Part shown: positions 17,669-27,634 of the stretch, piece after piece | How positions within the stretch are numbered: position 1 is the stretch's first letter | How the letters are laid out: each line of letters begins with the position of its first letter | Source of the DNA: an uncultured bacterium | GTDB lineage: Bacteria; Krumholzibacteriota; Krumholzibacteriia; Krumholzibacteriales; Krumholzibacteriaceae | Reading direction: 5' to 3' | Assembly: GCA_965371515.1 (NCBI GenBank) | Contig: CBDUYR010000007.1 | Coordinates: 11,202-75,201, forward strand | DNA: 64,000 nucleotides | Program-made: the position numbers and the translations under genes | Notes under the pieces: generated by a model | The model's input: the letters and a program-made list of their open reading frames with translations, nothing else | Databases searched by the model: none | Told to the model about the DNA's origin: nothing

Positions 17669-18951
17669 CAATGACCCGTATGCATGTACGATTACGATGG
17701 TCGATCGCGTCCGAGCGGTTTGTGCTGAGGCTTATCCTGCCGGGACTGTTCGTGCTCGGCAGCTTCTCCGCCGTATCTTCCCAAGCCCGGGGGAACGAGG
17801 GTAAGAGTGGTCTGCTGAAAATGGATGTGCAGGCATTGACTTCAGACGCGTTCGAGGGACGCGGCATAGGTACCGAAGGCCTTGAAAAGGCGCTTGCCTA
17901 TGTGGAGAAACGATTTGAGGAGGCGGGTCTTCGTCCATTCGGGGTCAAGGGGTACCGCCAGCCGTTCAGCGGACCCGGCGGTACGACACTGGTCAATATC
18001 ATCGGCGTTCTGGGGGCGGCCGAAGGAGAACAGCATGTCATAGTCGGTGCGCATTACGACCATCTGGGAATGGGTGAGCCCGGTGAAGCGAACTACGGCA
18101 AGATGCACCCTGGAGCCGACGACAATGCTTCCGGAGTAGCCGCACTGCTCGAATGCGCACGGCGCCTTCGTGAGCAGGGGGAGCCCGCCCGCCCCGTTGT
18201 ATTCATTGCATTCTCTGGTGAGGAAAAGGGGCTCTTGGGAAGCGCCCACTATGTGATGCAACCGGTGCTCCCATTGAATCAGTGTACAGGGATGGTAAAC
18301 CTGGACACGGTGGGAAGGCTCTTTGACGGTGCGCTCACTATCTTCGGTGCGAGTACGGCCGACGAATTTAAGCACATTCTCAAGGGAGTCAACTACGGTT
18401 TCCGGTTTGAGCTCAAATTACCGGAGGCGGATCCAGGCGGGAGCGACCAGGTCAGTTTCGTGCGGCGGGGTATCCCGGCAATTCAGATCTTCACCGGTCC
18501 CCACGAAGATTATCATCGGCCGGGAGACACCGCCGACAAGATCGATTACGCGGGGTTGGAACGGATTGCTGAGTTCACGGGCGAGCTGGTGTCATATCTG
18601 GCCGACCGGGATGAGGCGTTGAGCTTCGTGCCGCCCGGTGCGGAGAAAGCCGCAGCCAAAGTAAAAGCGTTGGGGGGTGGCGGCCGCCGCGTCAGTTTCG
18701 GCAGCATCCCTGATTTTAACCACACAGGCGAAGGTGTTCTTCTCTCTGGCGTCATCCCCGGGAGCCCGGCGGAGAAAGCCGGACTCAAGGCGGGAGATCT
18801 GCTCGTGGAGTTTGAGGGGGCGCCCGTCGAGGATTTGAGAGGGTTAAGCAACATTCTCAAGGAACTCTCACCGGGTGACGAAGTGAGCGTGGTGTTCGTG
18901 CGCGGAGGCGAGCGACGCACGACAACCGTTACCGTTGTGGAGCGCAAGTAA
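17665..18951 (+). CDS. M28-family peptidase with C-terminal PDZ domain
   Basis: GAHYDHLG, GADDNASG, GEEKG, NLD, SD and YH motifs; PDZ (GSIPDF...GSPAEKAGL). ATGA overlap with the M1 gene. Confidence 0.9.
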   Translation: MTMTRMHVRLRWSIASERFVLRLILPGLFVLGSFSAVSSQARGNEGKSGLLKMDVQALTSDAFEGRGIGTEGLEKALAYVEKRFEEAGLRPFGVKGYRQPFSGPGGTTLVNIIGVLGAAEGEQHVIVGAHYDHLGMGEPGEANYGKMHPGADDNASGVAALLECARRLREQGEPARPVVFIAFSGEEKGLLGSAHYVMQPVLPLNQCTGMVNLDTVGRLFDGALTIFGASTADEFKHILKGVNYGFRFELKLPEADPGGSDQVSFVRRGIPAIQIFTGPHEDYHRPGDTADKIDYAGLERIAEFTGELVSYLADRDEALSFVPPGAEKAAAKVKALGGGGRRVSFGSIPDFNHTGEGVLLSGVIPGSPAEKAGLKAGDLLVEFEGAPVEDLRGLSNILKELSPGDEVSVVFVRGGERRTTTVTVVERK

Positions 18952-19068
18952 GATAGCGATGGAAAGAACAGGATTCGAGGACAAGATTCTGAAGTGCCAT
19001 TGACCTGCCCTACGAGTTAATACCACCCTATGAGTTTTACACAGCTATTATATCGGCCTATTGACCCG

Positions 19069-19572
19069 TCAGAACGGCAGGATCACACCGATGTTTGCTC
19101 CGACTCCGCTCATATCAGCACTTCCACCGATACTGCTATCAAGATCAGGCTCAAGCCAGAGATAGCGGAGCTCGCCGAATACGCCCAGCCCCAAGAGCGT
19201 GATCTCAACGCCTGCGGCAGCGAATCCGCCCAGCGAGTTCTTCGGCGAATAGTCACCGGAGAAGATATAGTAGCCGATTCCGACGCCACCGTAGAACATT
19301 CCCAGTTTCGCGCGGCCAAATGCCTCGAGGGGGAACATGTCGAGGTCTCCTTCTCCTTCATTGCCGCTGTACCTGAGCCAGGATGCGCGTACATCCATTG
19401 AGATGATCGGTATGATACTGAACTCGTGCTTGAGACCGAGGCCGTAGCCTGAATCCGCGTCCTTGGAATCCTGCCACTGCCCAAATATGCCTATCGCTTG
19501 TGCGGGTAAAACACAGACCACAAGCAGGATCATGATAAGCGCAGAACAGCTTAAGATACTCGTGCTTTTCAT
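19069..19572 (-). CDS. Small outer-membrane beta-barrel protein
   Basis: Start MKSTSIL after AAGGAG; signal peptide; alternating amphipathic strands; C-terminal Phe. Confidence 0.75.
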   Translation of the reverse strand: MKSTSILSCSALIMILLVVCVLPAQAIGIFGQWQDSKDADSGYGLGLKHEFSIIPIISMDVRASWLRYSGNEGEGDLDMFPLEAFGRAKLGMFYGGVGIGYYIFSGDYSPKNSLGGFAAAGVEITLLGLGVFGELRYLWLEPDLDSSIGGSADMSGVGANIGVILPF

Positions 19573-19775
19573 CGATACTCTCCTTCGTTTCAGGATCGGG
19601 GGTGCTGTAATATTTTTACAGTGGGTACCATAATCGAAGCGATTCCCGTAAGCAAAGCAGAATATTCGACAGGTCGCCTGATCCGGCAAATATTATGGAC
19701 AAGCCGAACGGAGATATGATTACAATTCTAAAGATGTCTGACGACTGGAGCACGAACTGTCGAAGGGGAATGGAA

Positions 19776-20705
19776 ATGAAGAGCACATGTATGGCAAGGG
19801 CCTTTCTGGCAGCTGTTTCAGCTGCAACGCTTGCGGCAGGCACTTCCTGTACGTCTGAGCGGGCGCGGCCGGACATCTCGCACGCACCGACTCTGACGGA
19901 AGCCGGTAACGCCGAGTACTCAGGAATATACGAATATCCGGTCCGACTTGACGGAGGACGCTATGAAGGAGAGCCATTCGTGGAGGGTGGTGCCTCCCGG
20001 CCTTCGGTACAGCTTGTTCAGGATCTGTTCAAGACTGGCGATTTCGACGCAGACGGTTGCGAGGAAGCAGTCGTCCTGCTGGTCGAGAACTCGGGAGGAT
20101 CGGGATCGTTCGTCTACGTAGCTGCTCTCGTCCGAAGGGGGGGAGTAGTCGAAAACACAGGCACGAAACTTGTCGGTGACCGTATACAGATCCGGTCCAT
20201 ATTGATCGACGGCGGAGAGATCATGCTTGAAATCGTACAGCAGGGGCCAGGAGACGCCGCGTGCTGTCCTACGCAGAAAGCCAGCATGATCTGGGGGCTC
20301 GGCGGCGACGGGCTCGTCGAGAAGTCGTTAGAAGTGACGGGAACGCTATGCATTGCGGACCTTGCGGGCGTCGAGTGGGTGCTGAAATCGCTCGACTTGA
20401 ACGAACCGGTTCCCGGCGATCCTCCGCTCACCCTGGTCTTTAAGGATGGGATGGTATCTGGATCGAGCGGTTGCAACCGGTATTTCGCGGCCGTCACAGA
20501 ATCCACGCCCGGTGAGATCACTATCGAGGAAACAGGCACTACGAGGATGGCCTGTCCCGATGAGGTCATGCTGCTCGAGAAGAGGTATCTAGGGGCGCTC
20601 GAGGGATCTGTCGGATACAGTTACTTATGGGGAAGACTCGTGCTCACATGCACTGTCGGAGACCACTTGGCCTCTCTGATATTCGAGGCCGGCGAATCCC
20701 CATGA
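19776..20705 (+). CDS. META (HslJ-like) domain lipoprotein
   Basis: Lipobox-like AGTSC; C-terminal W...SGSSGCNRY...TRMAC META signature. Start could also be 19770. Confidence 0.8.
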   Translation: MKSTCMARAFLAAVSAATLAAGTSCTSERARPDISHAPTLTEAGNAEYSGIYEYPVRLDGGRYEGEPFVEGGASRPSVQLVQDLFKTGDFDADGCEEAVVLLVENSGGSGSFVYVAALVRRGGVVENTGTKLVGDRIQIRSILIDGGEIMLEIVQQGPGDAACCPTQKASMIWGLGGDGLVEKSLEVTGTLCIADLAGVEWVLKSLDLNEPVPGDPPLTLVFKDGMVSGSSGCNRYFAAVTESTPGEITIEETGTTRMACPDEVMLLEKRYLGALEGSVGYSYLWGRLVLTCTVGDHLASLIFEAGESP

Positions 20706-20793
20706 CATCAATTATCTCTTTACATCACAGCCATGTATCACTATTCTGCCCATGAAGACGAAATGCATTCTGCAGAATAAGGAGAATAAAATC

Positions 20794-21567
20794 ATGCGCA
20801 AGGGTAACCTGGTGGTATTAATTGCGTTACTCGCTTCTATCATCTTTTCCGGTTCGGTTTCTGCCGATCTGCGCTGGCAGGCAGGGCTCAAGGGAGGAGC
20901 GAACTGGGGCAAGCTGAAAGGCGATCCGGTCAGCCTGTGGCTGGGTGGCGAAGATTCCCAGCTGGCAGGCAGCATCGGAGACAGCAAGCTCGGTTTCACC
21001 GGCGGCGCTTTTCTTACTCTGTTTTTCAACGATTTTATAGGCATTCAGGGCGAGGCGATGTTTATCCAGAAGGGCGGGAAAGGAACGGCCTCCGGCGAGA
21101 TTATCTATTACCCACCTTACGATAACCCGCGCCCCGCTTTCTTCAACGGCGAAGTCTCCGCCAATCTCGACTATGTAGAGTTTCCCGTTATGGCCGTATT
21201 CGAGTTCGATGCTTCCGAAGGGGGCAAGATCCGTCTCCGCGGTATGGCCGGGATGACTTTCGCGTTCAACATCCACGCCGAGGCGAGACTCCAGGGAACC
21301 GCGGAAGTCGAGATGCAGGATACAAGCAAACGATTTTACGAAGTGGACGAGAGAAAGGATTTCGGGGAACTGGTACAGGAATTCGAATTCGGTCTCATAT
21401 TCGGCGGTGCGGTCTATTGGGATATCGGAAAGGTCGACCTGCTCATAGAATCGAGATGGGAGAGAGGACTCACCTCCCTGGACAATACGACATTATACCG
21501 TGATATCTATACGAGCAACGTAAGCCTCATGTTCGGAGTAAGCGTTCCCATCGGTGGAGAACGCTGA
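20794..21567 (+). CDS. Outer-membrane beta-barrel protein (porin/PorT-like family)
   Basis: AAGGAG RBS; signal peptide; GLKGGAN, GFTGG, QKGG, LDYVEFP and RWERGL pattern. Confidence 0.75.
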   Translation: MRKGNLVVLIALLASIIFSGSVSADLRWQAGLKGGANWGKLKGDPVSLWLGGEDSQLAGSIGDSKLGFTGGAFLTLFFNDFIGIQGEAMFIQKGGKGTASGEIIYYPPYDNPRPAFFNGEVSANLDYVEFPVMAVFEFDASEGGKIRLRGMAGMTFAFNIHAEARLQGTAEVEMQDTSKRFYEVDERKDFGELVQEFEFGLIFGGAVYWDIGKVDLLIESRWERGLTSLDNTTLYRDIYTSNVSLMFGVSVPIGGER

Positions 21568-21579
21568 TATCGCTGACAG

Positions 21580-23235
21580 ATGCCAAAAAGCTCTCTGTTC
21601 CGTACGATCTTCATAATCATCACAGCAGCGCTTACGGCGCGGTGTACCACTGTGGACGAAACAGCGATCGAAAGCCGTGAGGTCGAATCCGCGGCGGGCC
21701 TGATCGATCTCCAGCTCACAAAGGCGGAGATCGACTCGATGCTCCCTGACCTCGTCGATCAACTCAAATCATATCAATCGATGAGAGAGGTACCGGTCGG
21801 AAATACGGTGCGCCCCGCTCTCGTTTTTGATCCCGTTCCGCGAGGACGCGGAGGATTCGATGGCGGGGACCTGCTGAAGGTCTCTCCAACGTATCGCAGA
21901 GAGCTTCCGGACAACATGGAGGATCTCGCTTTCTGGACGGTGAGGGACCTGGCAGAACTGATCAGGACCAGGCAGATAACATCGACGCAGCTTACGAAGA
22001 TGTATCTCGATCGCTTGAAGATGCACGGTCCGACACTGGAATGCGTCATTACCCTTACAGAGGAACTCGCCCTCGAACAGGCTGCGCACGCCGACGAGGA
22101 ACTCGCATCGGGAAGGTACAGGGGGCTGCTGCACGGGATACCGTACGGTGCTAAGGACCTGCTCGCCGTAAAGGGATACAGGACAACGTGGGGCGCCGAA
22201 CCTTACAGGGAACAGACGATCGACGAGACCGCGACGGTCATAAAAAAACTCGAAGAAGCAGGCGCGGTGCTTGTCGCGAAGCTGACGCTCGGAGCTCTGG
22301 CCTGGGGCGACGTCTGGTACGGCGGAGTCACGAAGAATCCGTGGAACCTCGAGCAGGGCTCGAGCGGTTCCTCGGCGGGATCCGCTTCGGCCACTTCCGC
22401 CGGGCTGGTTGCCTTCTCGATCGGCACCGAGACGTGGGGATCGATCGTATCCCCGTGCACGAGGTGTGGAGTGACCGGGCTGAGGCCGACATTCGGCAGG
22501 GTTAGCAGGGCGGGAGCGATGGCGCTTAGCTGGTCGATGGACAAGATCGGCCCGATCTGCAGGAGCGTTGAGGACTGCGCGATAGTATTCGACGTGATCC
22601 GCGGCCCAGACGGTAAGGATCCGACGGTCGTTGACGCGCCGTTCAGATACGATTTTGATGAGGATACAGGTCGTCTCAGAATCGGATTCCTGCCTGAAGA
22701 CTTCGAACGCGACAACTCGTTTCATGAAACCGATTCGATAGCGCTCGATGTACTGCGGGGCATGGGGATCGACCTGATCCCGATCGAGATTCCCGATTAT
22801 CCCGTATATCCACTCGGTATAATACTCAGCGCTGAGGCCGCTGCCGCATTTGACGAGTTGAGCAGATCGGGGAGGGACGACCTTCTCGTCAGGCAGATAA
22901 GGAACGCCTGGCCCAATGTATTCAGGACAGCACGTTTCATCCCGGCGGTGGAATACATACAGGCAAACAGGATCAGATCGATGATCATGAGAAAGATGGA
23001 AGATCTCGATGTCGACATATACGTATCGCCCTCTTTCGGGGAGAATCTTCTCCTGACGAACCTTACCGGGCATCCCTGTGTCGTGCTCCCGAATGGCTTC
23101 AATTCCGAGGGCGGCACGGTGAGCATCACCTTCATCGGGCAGCCGTTCGAGGAGGGAAAGCTGCTCGCGTTTGCCAGGGCATACCAGGAAGAGACAGGTT
23201 TTCACAGGAAGTACCCTCCAAAGTTTGCAAGGTAG
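21580..23235 (+). CDS. Amidase-signature family protein (exported)
   Basis: GIPYGAKD (Lys), GSSGSSAGS and GTETWGSI, matching the Ser-cisSer-Lys triad; N-terminal signal or lipoprotein peptide. Confidence 0.92.
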   Translation: MPKSSLFRTIFIIITAALTARCTTVDETAIESREVESAAGLIDLQLTKAEIDSMLPDLVDQLKSYQSMREVPVGNTVRPALVFDPVPRGRGGFDGGDLLKVSPTYRRELPDNMEDLAFWTVRDLAELIRTRQITSTQLTKMYLDRLKMHGPTLECVITLTEELALEQAAHADEELASGRYRGLLHGIPYGAKDLLAVKGYRTTWGAEPYREQTIDETATVIKKLEEAGAVLVAKLTLGALAWGDVWYGGVTKNPWNLEQGSSGSSAGSASATSAGLVAFSIGTETWGSIVSPCTRCGVTGLRPTFGRVSRAGAMALSWSMDKIGPICRSVEDCAIVFDVIRGPDGKDPTVVDAPFRYDFDEDTGRLRIGFLPEDFERDNSFHETDSIALDVLRGMGIDLIPIEIPDYPVYPLGIILSAEAAAAFDELSRSGRDDLLVRQIRNAWPNVFRTARFIPAVEYIQANRIRSMIMRKMEDLDVDIYVSPSFGENLLLTNLTGHPCVVLPNGFNSEGGTVSITFIGQPFEEGKLLAFARAYQEETGFHRKYPPKFAR

Positions 23236-23257
23236 TCAAGGAAAGGAAGGGAGAAAC

Positions 23258-25339
23258 ATGAAGGGACTCACATCGATAAGCAGTATCTCGATGGTGATAC
23301 TCGCGGTGGCGATGATATCAGGTGCAGCGCTGGCGAAGCCTGACTGGATGAAGGATTCGATGACGAAGCTCGAGAAAGAGCTGACAGAGAAATATGGGAC
23401 GGAGCATAGCGCGAGGCTGGTCAAGGGAATGGACCAGGTTGCCCGTTTCTGGCGCGAAGAGGACGGCGGTCCGGATATCTTCGACGAGTTCGTCAGAAAC
23501 AATTTCGCTGGCGACGATGAGGTCCTGGACGACCTGTTCAATCGCTGGGAATTCCTGCTCGAGAGTATATTCGGCCACATGGGCGAGATAAGGATGGCGA
23601 TGGGCAGGCAGGCCGATCTCGACATCGGTCCGCTCTACGAATTCGACAGGGTGACCGCCTCCTACTCCGCGTCGGCGCACATCGCAGACGATTTTTTCAG
23701 GAACAAGCTCGCCTTCACCGTGCTTCTCAATTTCCCGCTCACCACGCTTGAGGAAAGGCTGACCAAGGGGGAGAACTGGACGAGGCGGCAGTGGGCTGAC
23801 GTGAGGCTGGCCCAGTGGTTCTCAAGAAGGGTCCCGTCCGAAGTGAATCTCGAGGTGGCCAAGGCATCGGCCGCTTCAGACCAGTATATCGCGGACTACA
23901 ACATCTGGATGCACCACCTTCTGGACGATGACGGAAACCGCCTCTTCCCGCCGAAGATGAGGCTTCTTTCGCACTGGAACCTCAGGGACCAGATCAAGGC
24001 CGATTACGGTGATAGCGAGGGAGCGCTCGAGAGGCAAAGGATGATCCAGAAGGTGATGGAGCGGATAGTCGATCAGACGATCCCTGAGATCGTCGTGAAC
24101 AATCCGCACGTCGACTGGAATCCATACACCAACGAGGTTTGGCCGGCGAAGGTAAACGATTCGGATACCGAGCCGCCGTCAGATCTGAAAGTCACCGCCG
24201 ACAGGGAACCGGATACACGCTACAGGATATGGTTCGACACCTTCAAGGCCTCGACGCTGGTCGACGAGTATTCACCACTCGCCCCGACACTGATAGCGCG
24301 AAGGTTCAACGAGGGAAGGGAGATCCCCGAGGAGAAGATCGAGGCGATGCTTGTACAGGTATGCTCATCTCCCCTCGTTAAAAAGATCGCCGCGATTGCG
24401 AAGAAGAACCTCGGACGCGACCTCGAACCGTTCGACATATGGTACAACGGATTCAGATCGAGGGGCAAATACACCGAACCGGAACTCGACATTGTCACGA
24501 GGGAGAAATATCCCACGGCAGGAGATTTCGAGAAGGACATCGAGCGGATGCTCATCGCGCTCGATTTTCCCGAAGACAGGGCGAAATATCTTTCCGGCAA
24601 GATCGTTGTAGAGCCGGCTCGCGGCTCGGGCCACGCAGCAGGCGCCGGCATGTGCTCGGCTCCGGCCCGTCTGCGAACAAGGGTCGGTGCTGAGGGGATG
24701 GACTACAAAGGATTCAACATCGCCGCCCACGAGCTCGGCCACAACGTCGAGCAGGTGCTCTCCCTGTGCGATGTAGACTATTACGTGTTGCAGGGAGTAC
24801 CGAACACCGCATTCACCGAGGCGTTCGCATATGTCTTCCAAGGCAACGACTTGATGCTTCTGGGCCTCGAGAAGGATAGTGGTGGAAGAGCCGAGGCGAT
24901 GTCGATCGTGAACGAGTTCTGGATGACCGCAGAGATCGGCGCCGTATCGCTCGTCGACATGAAGGCCTGGCGCTGGATGTACGAGAATCCCGACGCGACG
25001 CCGCAGGAGTTCAGGAAAGCTGTCATAGAGATCTCGAAGGATGTCTGGAACACCTACTTCGCCGATATATTCGGGAAGAAGGACGTGACACTCCTCGCTG
25101 TCTATTCGCACCTGGTCCACTCGTACCTATACCTGCCGGACTACGCGATCGGACACATGATCGCCTTCCAGGTCAAGGAGCAGATGCGCGAGGCTGGAAA
25201 CATAGGCGTCGAGTTCGAGAGGATGGCTATCGCTGGAAGGATCGCGCCCGACCTCTGGATGAAGAACGCGACAGGTAAACAGGTGAGCCCCGATGCCCTT
25301 ATAGCGGCGACGGAGAGAGCGCTCAAGGAACTTGATTAG
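23258..25339 (+). CDS. Secreted putative zinc metallopeptidase (gluzincin, M3/M32-like)
   Basis: Signal peptide (ALA-K); HELGH followed by TEAFA; downstream YLPDYAIGH. Confidence 0.65.
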   Translation: MKGLTSISSISMVILAVAMISGAALAKPDWMKDSMTKLEKELTEKYGTEHSARLVKGMDQVARFWREEDGGPDIFDEFVRNNFAGDDEVLDDLFNRWEFLLESIFGHMGEIRMAMGRQADLDIGPLYEFDRVTASYSASAHIADDFFRNKLAFTVLLNFPLTTLEERLTKGENWTRRQWADVRLAQWFSRRVPSEVNLEVAKASAASDQYIADYNIWMHHLLDDDGNRLFPPKMRLLSHWNLRDQIKADYGDSEGALERQRMIQKVMERIVDQTIPEIVVNNPHVDWNPYTNEVWPAKVNDSDTEPPSDLKVTADREPDTRYRIWFDTFKASTLVDEYSPLAPTLIARRFNEGREIPEEKIEAMLVQVCSSPLVKKIAAIAKKNLGRDLEPFDIWYNGFRSRGKYTEPELDIVTREKYPTAGDFEKDIERMLIALDFPEDRAKYLSGKIVVEPARGSGHAAGAGMCSAPARLRTRVGAEGMDYKGFNIAAHELGHNVEQVLSLCDVDYYVLQGVPNTAFTEAFAYVFQGNDLMLLGLEKDSGGRAEAMSIVNEFWMTAEIGAVSLVDMKAWRWMYENPDATPQEFRKAVIEISKDVWNTYFADIFGKKDVTLLAVYSHLVHSYLYLPDYAIGHMIAFQVKEQMREAGNIGVEFERMAIAGRIAPDLWMKNATGKQVSPDALIAATERALKELD

Positions 25340-25405
25340 ATCGAATACATGTGCTAATTTACGATTCGTTTCATCACTGAATGAGCGTTTAAGAAGCGGA
25401 GTGCG

Positions 25406-26395
25406 ATGGGCAAGGACAACGAAAAAAAAGTGTTGCTGACCGGCTCTCTCGGGCAGATAGGTTCCGAGCTGGCGTTCGCCCTGGCGGATAGATACGGGGC
25501 GGAAAATATTGTTACAAGCGACGTCCGTGAGGACAGCCATGGGATACTCGAAGGCGCCGGGACGTTCGTGGAGCTCGATGTACTCTCGGCGGGTGATTTC
25601 GACTCGATTGTCAGAGATCATCAGATCGATACGATATACCACCTGGCGGCTCTTCTCTCGGCGGTTGCCGAGGAGAAGCCGCGGATGGCATGGGATATAA
25701 ACATGAACGGGCTTGTCAATGCCCTCGAGGTGGCGAAGGAGAACGGCTGCAGCCTCTTCGTTCCCAGCTCTATCGGCGCGTTCGGACCCGATACTCCGCT
25801 CGACAACACACCGCAAGATACTATCATGCGGCCACATTCGATGTACGGGGTGACTAAGGTCTCGGGCGAGCTCCTCTGCGACTATTACAATATGCGCTTC
25901 GGCGTTGATACCCGCGGGGTAAGGTACCCCGGCATCATATCGAGCAAGACACTACCCGGAGGGGGTACTACTGACTACGCGGTGGAGATCTTCTACCACG
26001 CAATATTGTACGGCAGCTACACCTGCTGCCTTAAGTCAGGCACCTCCCTAGACATGATGTACATGCCCGACGCGATCAAGGCTGCAATCGACGTGATGGA
26101 AGCGGATCCTGCCAGTCTGAAGCACAGGAACGCCTTCAACGTGACGGCGATGCACTTCGACCCGGAGGAGATAGCAGCCGAGATAAGAAAACACATCCCG
26201 GAATTCGCGATGGATTACGAGATAGATCCCGTGCGGCAGGCCATCGCCGAGTCGTGGCCGAACTACATGGACGACTCTGCCGCGAGAGAAGAATGGGGAT
26301 GGCTGCCGGAATACGACCTGGCCAGGATGACCGGGGAGATGCTCGGGGAACTGGGAGAGAGGCACGGCAGGGGAGAGCTGGAGATAGAAGCCTGA
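25406..26395 (+). CDS. tdh: L-threonine 3-dehydrogenase (SDR/epimerase type)
   Basis: [29 protein letters not shown] and IAESWP motifs; directly upstream of kbl. Confidence 0.88.
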   Translation: MGKDNEKKVLLTGSLGQIGSELAFALADRYGAENIVTSDVREDSHGILEGAGTFVELDVLSAGDFDSIVRDHQIDTIYHLAALLSAVAEEKPRMAWDINMNGLVNALEVAKENGCSLFVPSSIGAFGPDTPLDNTPQDTIMRPHSMYGVTKVSGELLCDYYNMRFGVDTRGVRYPGIISSKTLPGGGTTDYAVEIFYHAILYGSYTCCLKSGTSLDMMYMPDAIKAAIDVMEADPASLKHRNAFNVTAMHFDPEEIAAEIRKHIPEFAMDYEIDPVRQAIAESWPNYMDDSAAREEWGWLPEYDLARMTGEMLGELGERHGRGELEIEA

Positions 26396-26418
26396 TACGG
26401 AAACGCGAGGAGAGGAAG

Positions 26419-27612
26419 ATGTACACGATAAAGGAAGAGCTCCAGGCGACCTTGAAGGAGATCAGGGAGGCCGGGCTTTACAAGGAAGAGCGGATCATTG
26501 TCACCGAGCAGAGGGCCGATATAAAGGTCAGCACGGGCGAGGAGGTCCTCAATTTCTGCGCGAACAACTACCTCGGACTCGCGAATAATCCGGACCTGAT
26601 CGACGCCGCCAAATCCTCGATGGATTCCCACGGGTTCGGGATGTCCTCGGTGCGTTTCATCTGCGGAACGCAGGACATTCACAAGACGCTGGAGGCCAGC
26701 ATCGCGGAATATTTCCAGACCGAGGACGCGATACTCTACACATCCTGCTTCGACGCGAACGGCGGACTCTTCGAGGTCCTCCTGACGGCGGACGACGCGA
26801 TCATAAGCGACGAGCTGAACCACGCGTCGATAATCGACGGTGTACGGCTCTGCAAGGCGAAGAGGTACCGTTATAAAAATAATGACATGAAGGACCTTCG
26901 GGTGCAGCTCGAGGCTGCGAAGGCCGGCGGCGCGGGAAGGATAATGGTTGCGACCGACGGCGTATTCTCGATGGACGGGATAATCGCCCAGATCGACAAG
27001 ATATGCGATGTGGCGGAGGAGTTCGGCGCCCTGGTGATGGTCGACGACTCGCATGCCACAGGCTTTTTCGGTCCCACGGGCAGGGGCAGCGTCGAATACT
27101 GCGGCGCACTGGGCAGAGTCGACATTATAACTTCGACGCTCGGCAAGGCCATGGGCGGTGCCTCGGGCGGCTTTACGACGGGGAGGCAGGAGATCATCGA
27201 CTTGCTGCGACAGCGGTCGCGACCGTATCTTTTTTCGAACACGCTCGCGCCGGCCCTGGTCGCGGCTGCCATCAGGGCATTCGAGATGCTGTCTAAACCC
27301 AGCCCGATGCTCATGACGCTCGTAGAGAACACGAAATATTTCAGGGAGAAGATGACAGAGGCGGGATTCGAGATAGTACCGGGTACCCATCCGATCGTGC
27401 CTGTCATGCTCGGCGACGCGAAACTCTCGCAGGAACTGGCGAACATGCTCCTGAAAGAAGGAATATACGTCATCGGATTCTTCTATCCCGTCGTGCCGAA
27501 GGGCAAGGCGAGGATAAGGGTCCAGATATCGGCAGCCCATTCGCGCGAACATCTGGATAAGGCTGTAAATGCGTTTATTAAGGTTGGCAAAGAACTTGGA
27601 GTGATTACTTGA
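26419..27612 (+). CDS. kbl: Glycine C-acetyltransferase (2-amino-3-ketobutyrate CoA ligase)
   Basis: [51 protein letters not shown] and [11 protein letters not shown] motifs. ATG 26419 after GAGGAGAGG. Confidence 0.95.
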   Translation: MYTIKEELQATLKEIREAGLYKEERIIVTEQRADIKVSTGEEVLNFCANNYLGLANNPDLIDAAKSSMDSHGFGMSSVRFICGTQDIHKTLEASIAEYFQTEDAILYTSCFDANGGLFEVLLTADDAIISDELNHASIIDGVRLCKAKRYRYKNNDMKDLRVQLEAAKAGGAGRIMVATDGVFSMDGIIAQIDKICDVAEEFGALVMVDDSHATGFFGPTGRGSVEYCGALGRVDIITSTLGKAMGGASGGFTTGRQEIIDLLRQRSRPYLFSNTLAPALVAAAIRAFEMLSKPSPMLMTLVENTKYFREKMTEAGFEIVPGTHPIVPVMLGDAKLSQELANMLLKEGIYVIGFFYPVVPKGKARIRVQISAAHSREHLDKAVNAFIKVGKELGVIT

Positions 27613-27634
27613 AGTTGTTTATAAGGAGGTTCCC

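Noticed and set aside
10980..19100. attL/attR direct repeat or integrase for the tRNA-Glu block
   Set aside because: I found no copy of the tRNA 3' end and no recombinase by eye.
21769..23205. 478-aa antisense ORF over the amidase
   Set aside because: Shadow ORF typical of GC-rich coding DNA; it has no motifs and the sense gene is well supported.
26263..27552. 429-aa antisense ORF over kbl, and similar ones over rtcB, mvhG, mvhA, hypD and hflK
   Set aside because: Mirror frames of conserved genes with no recognisable protein features.
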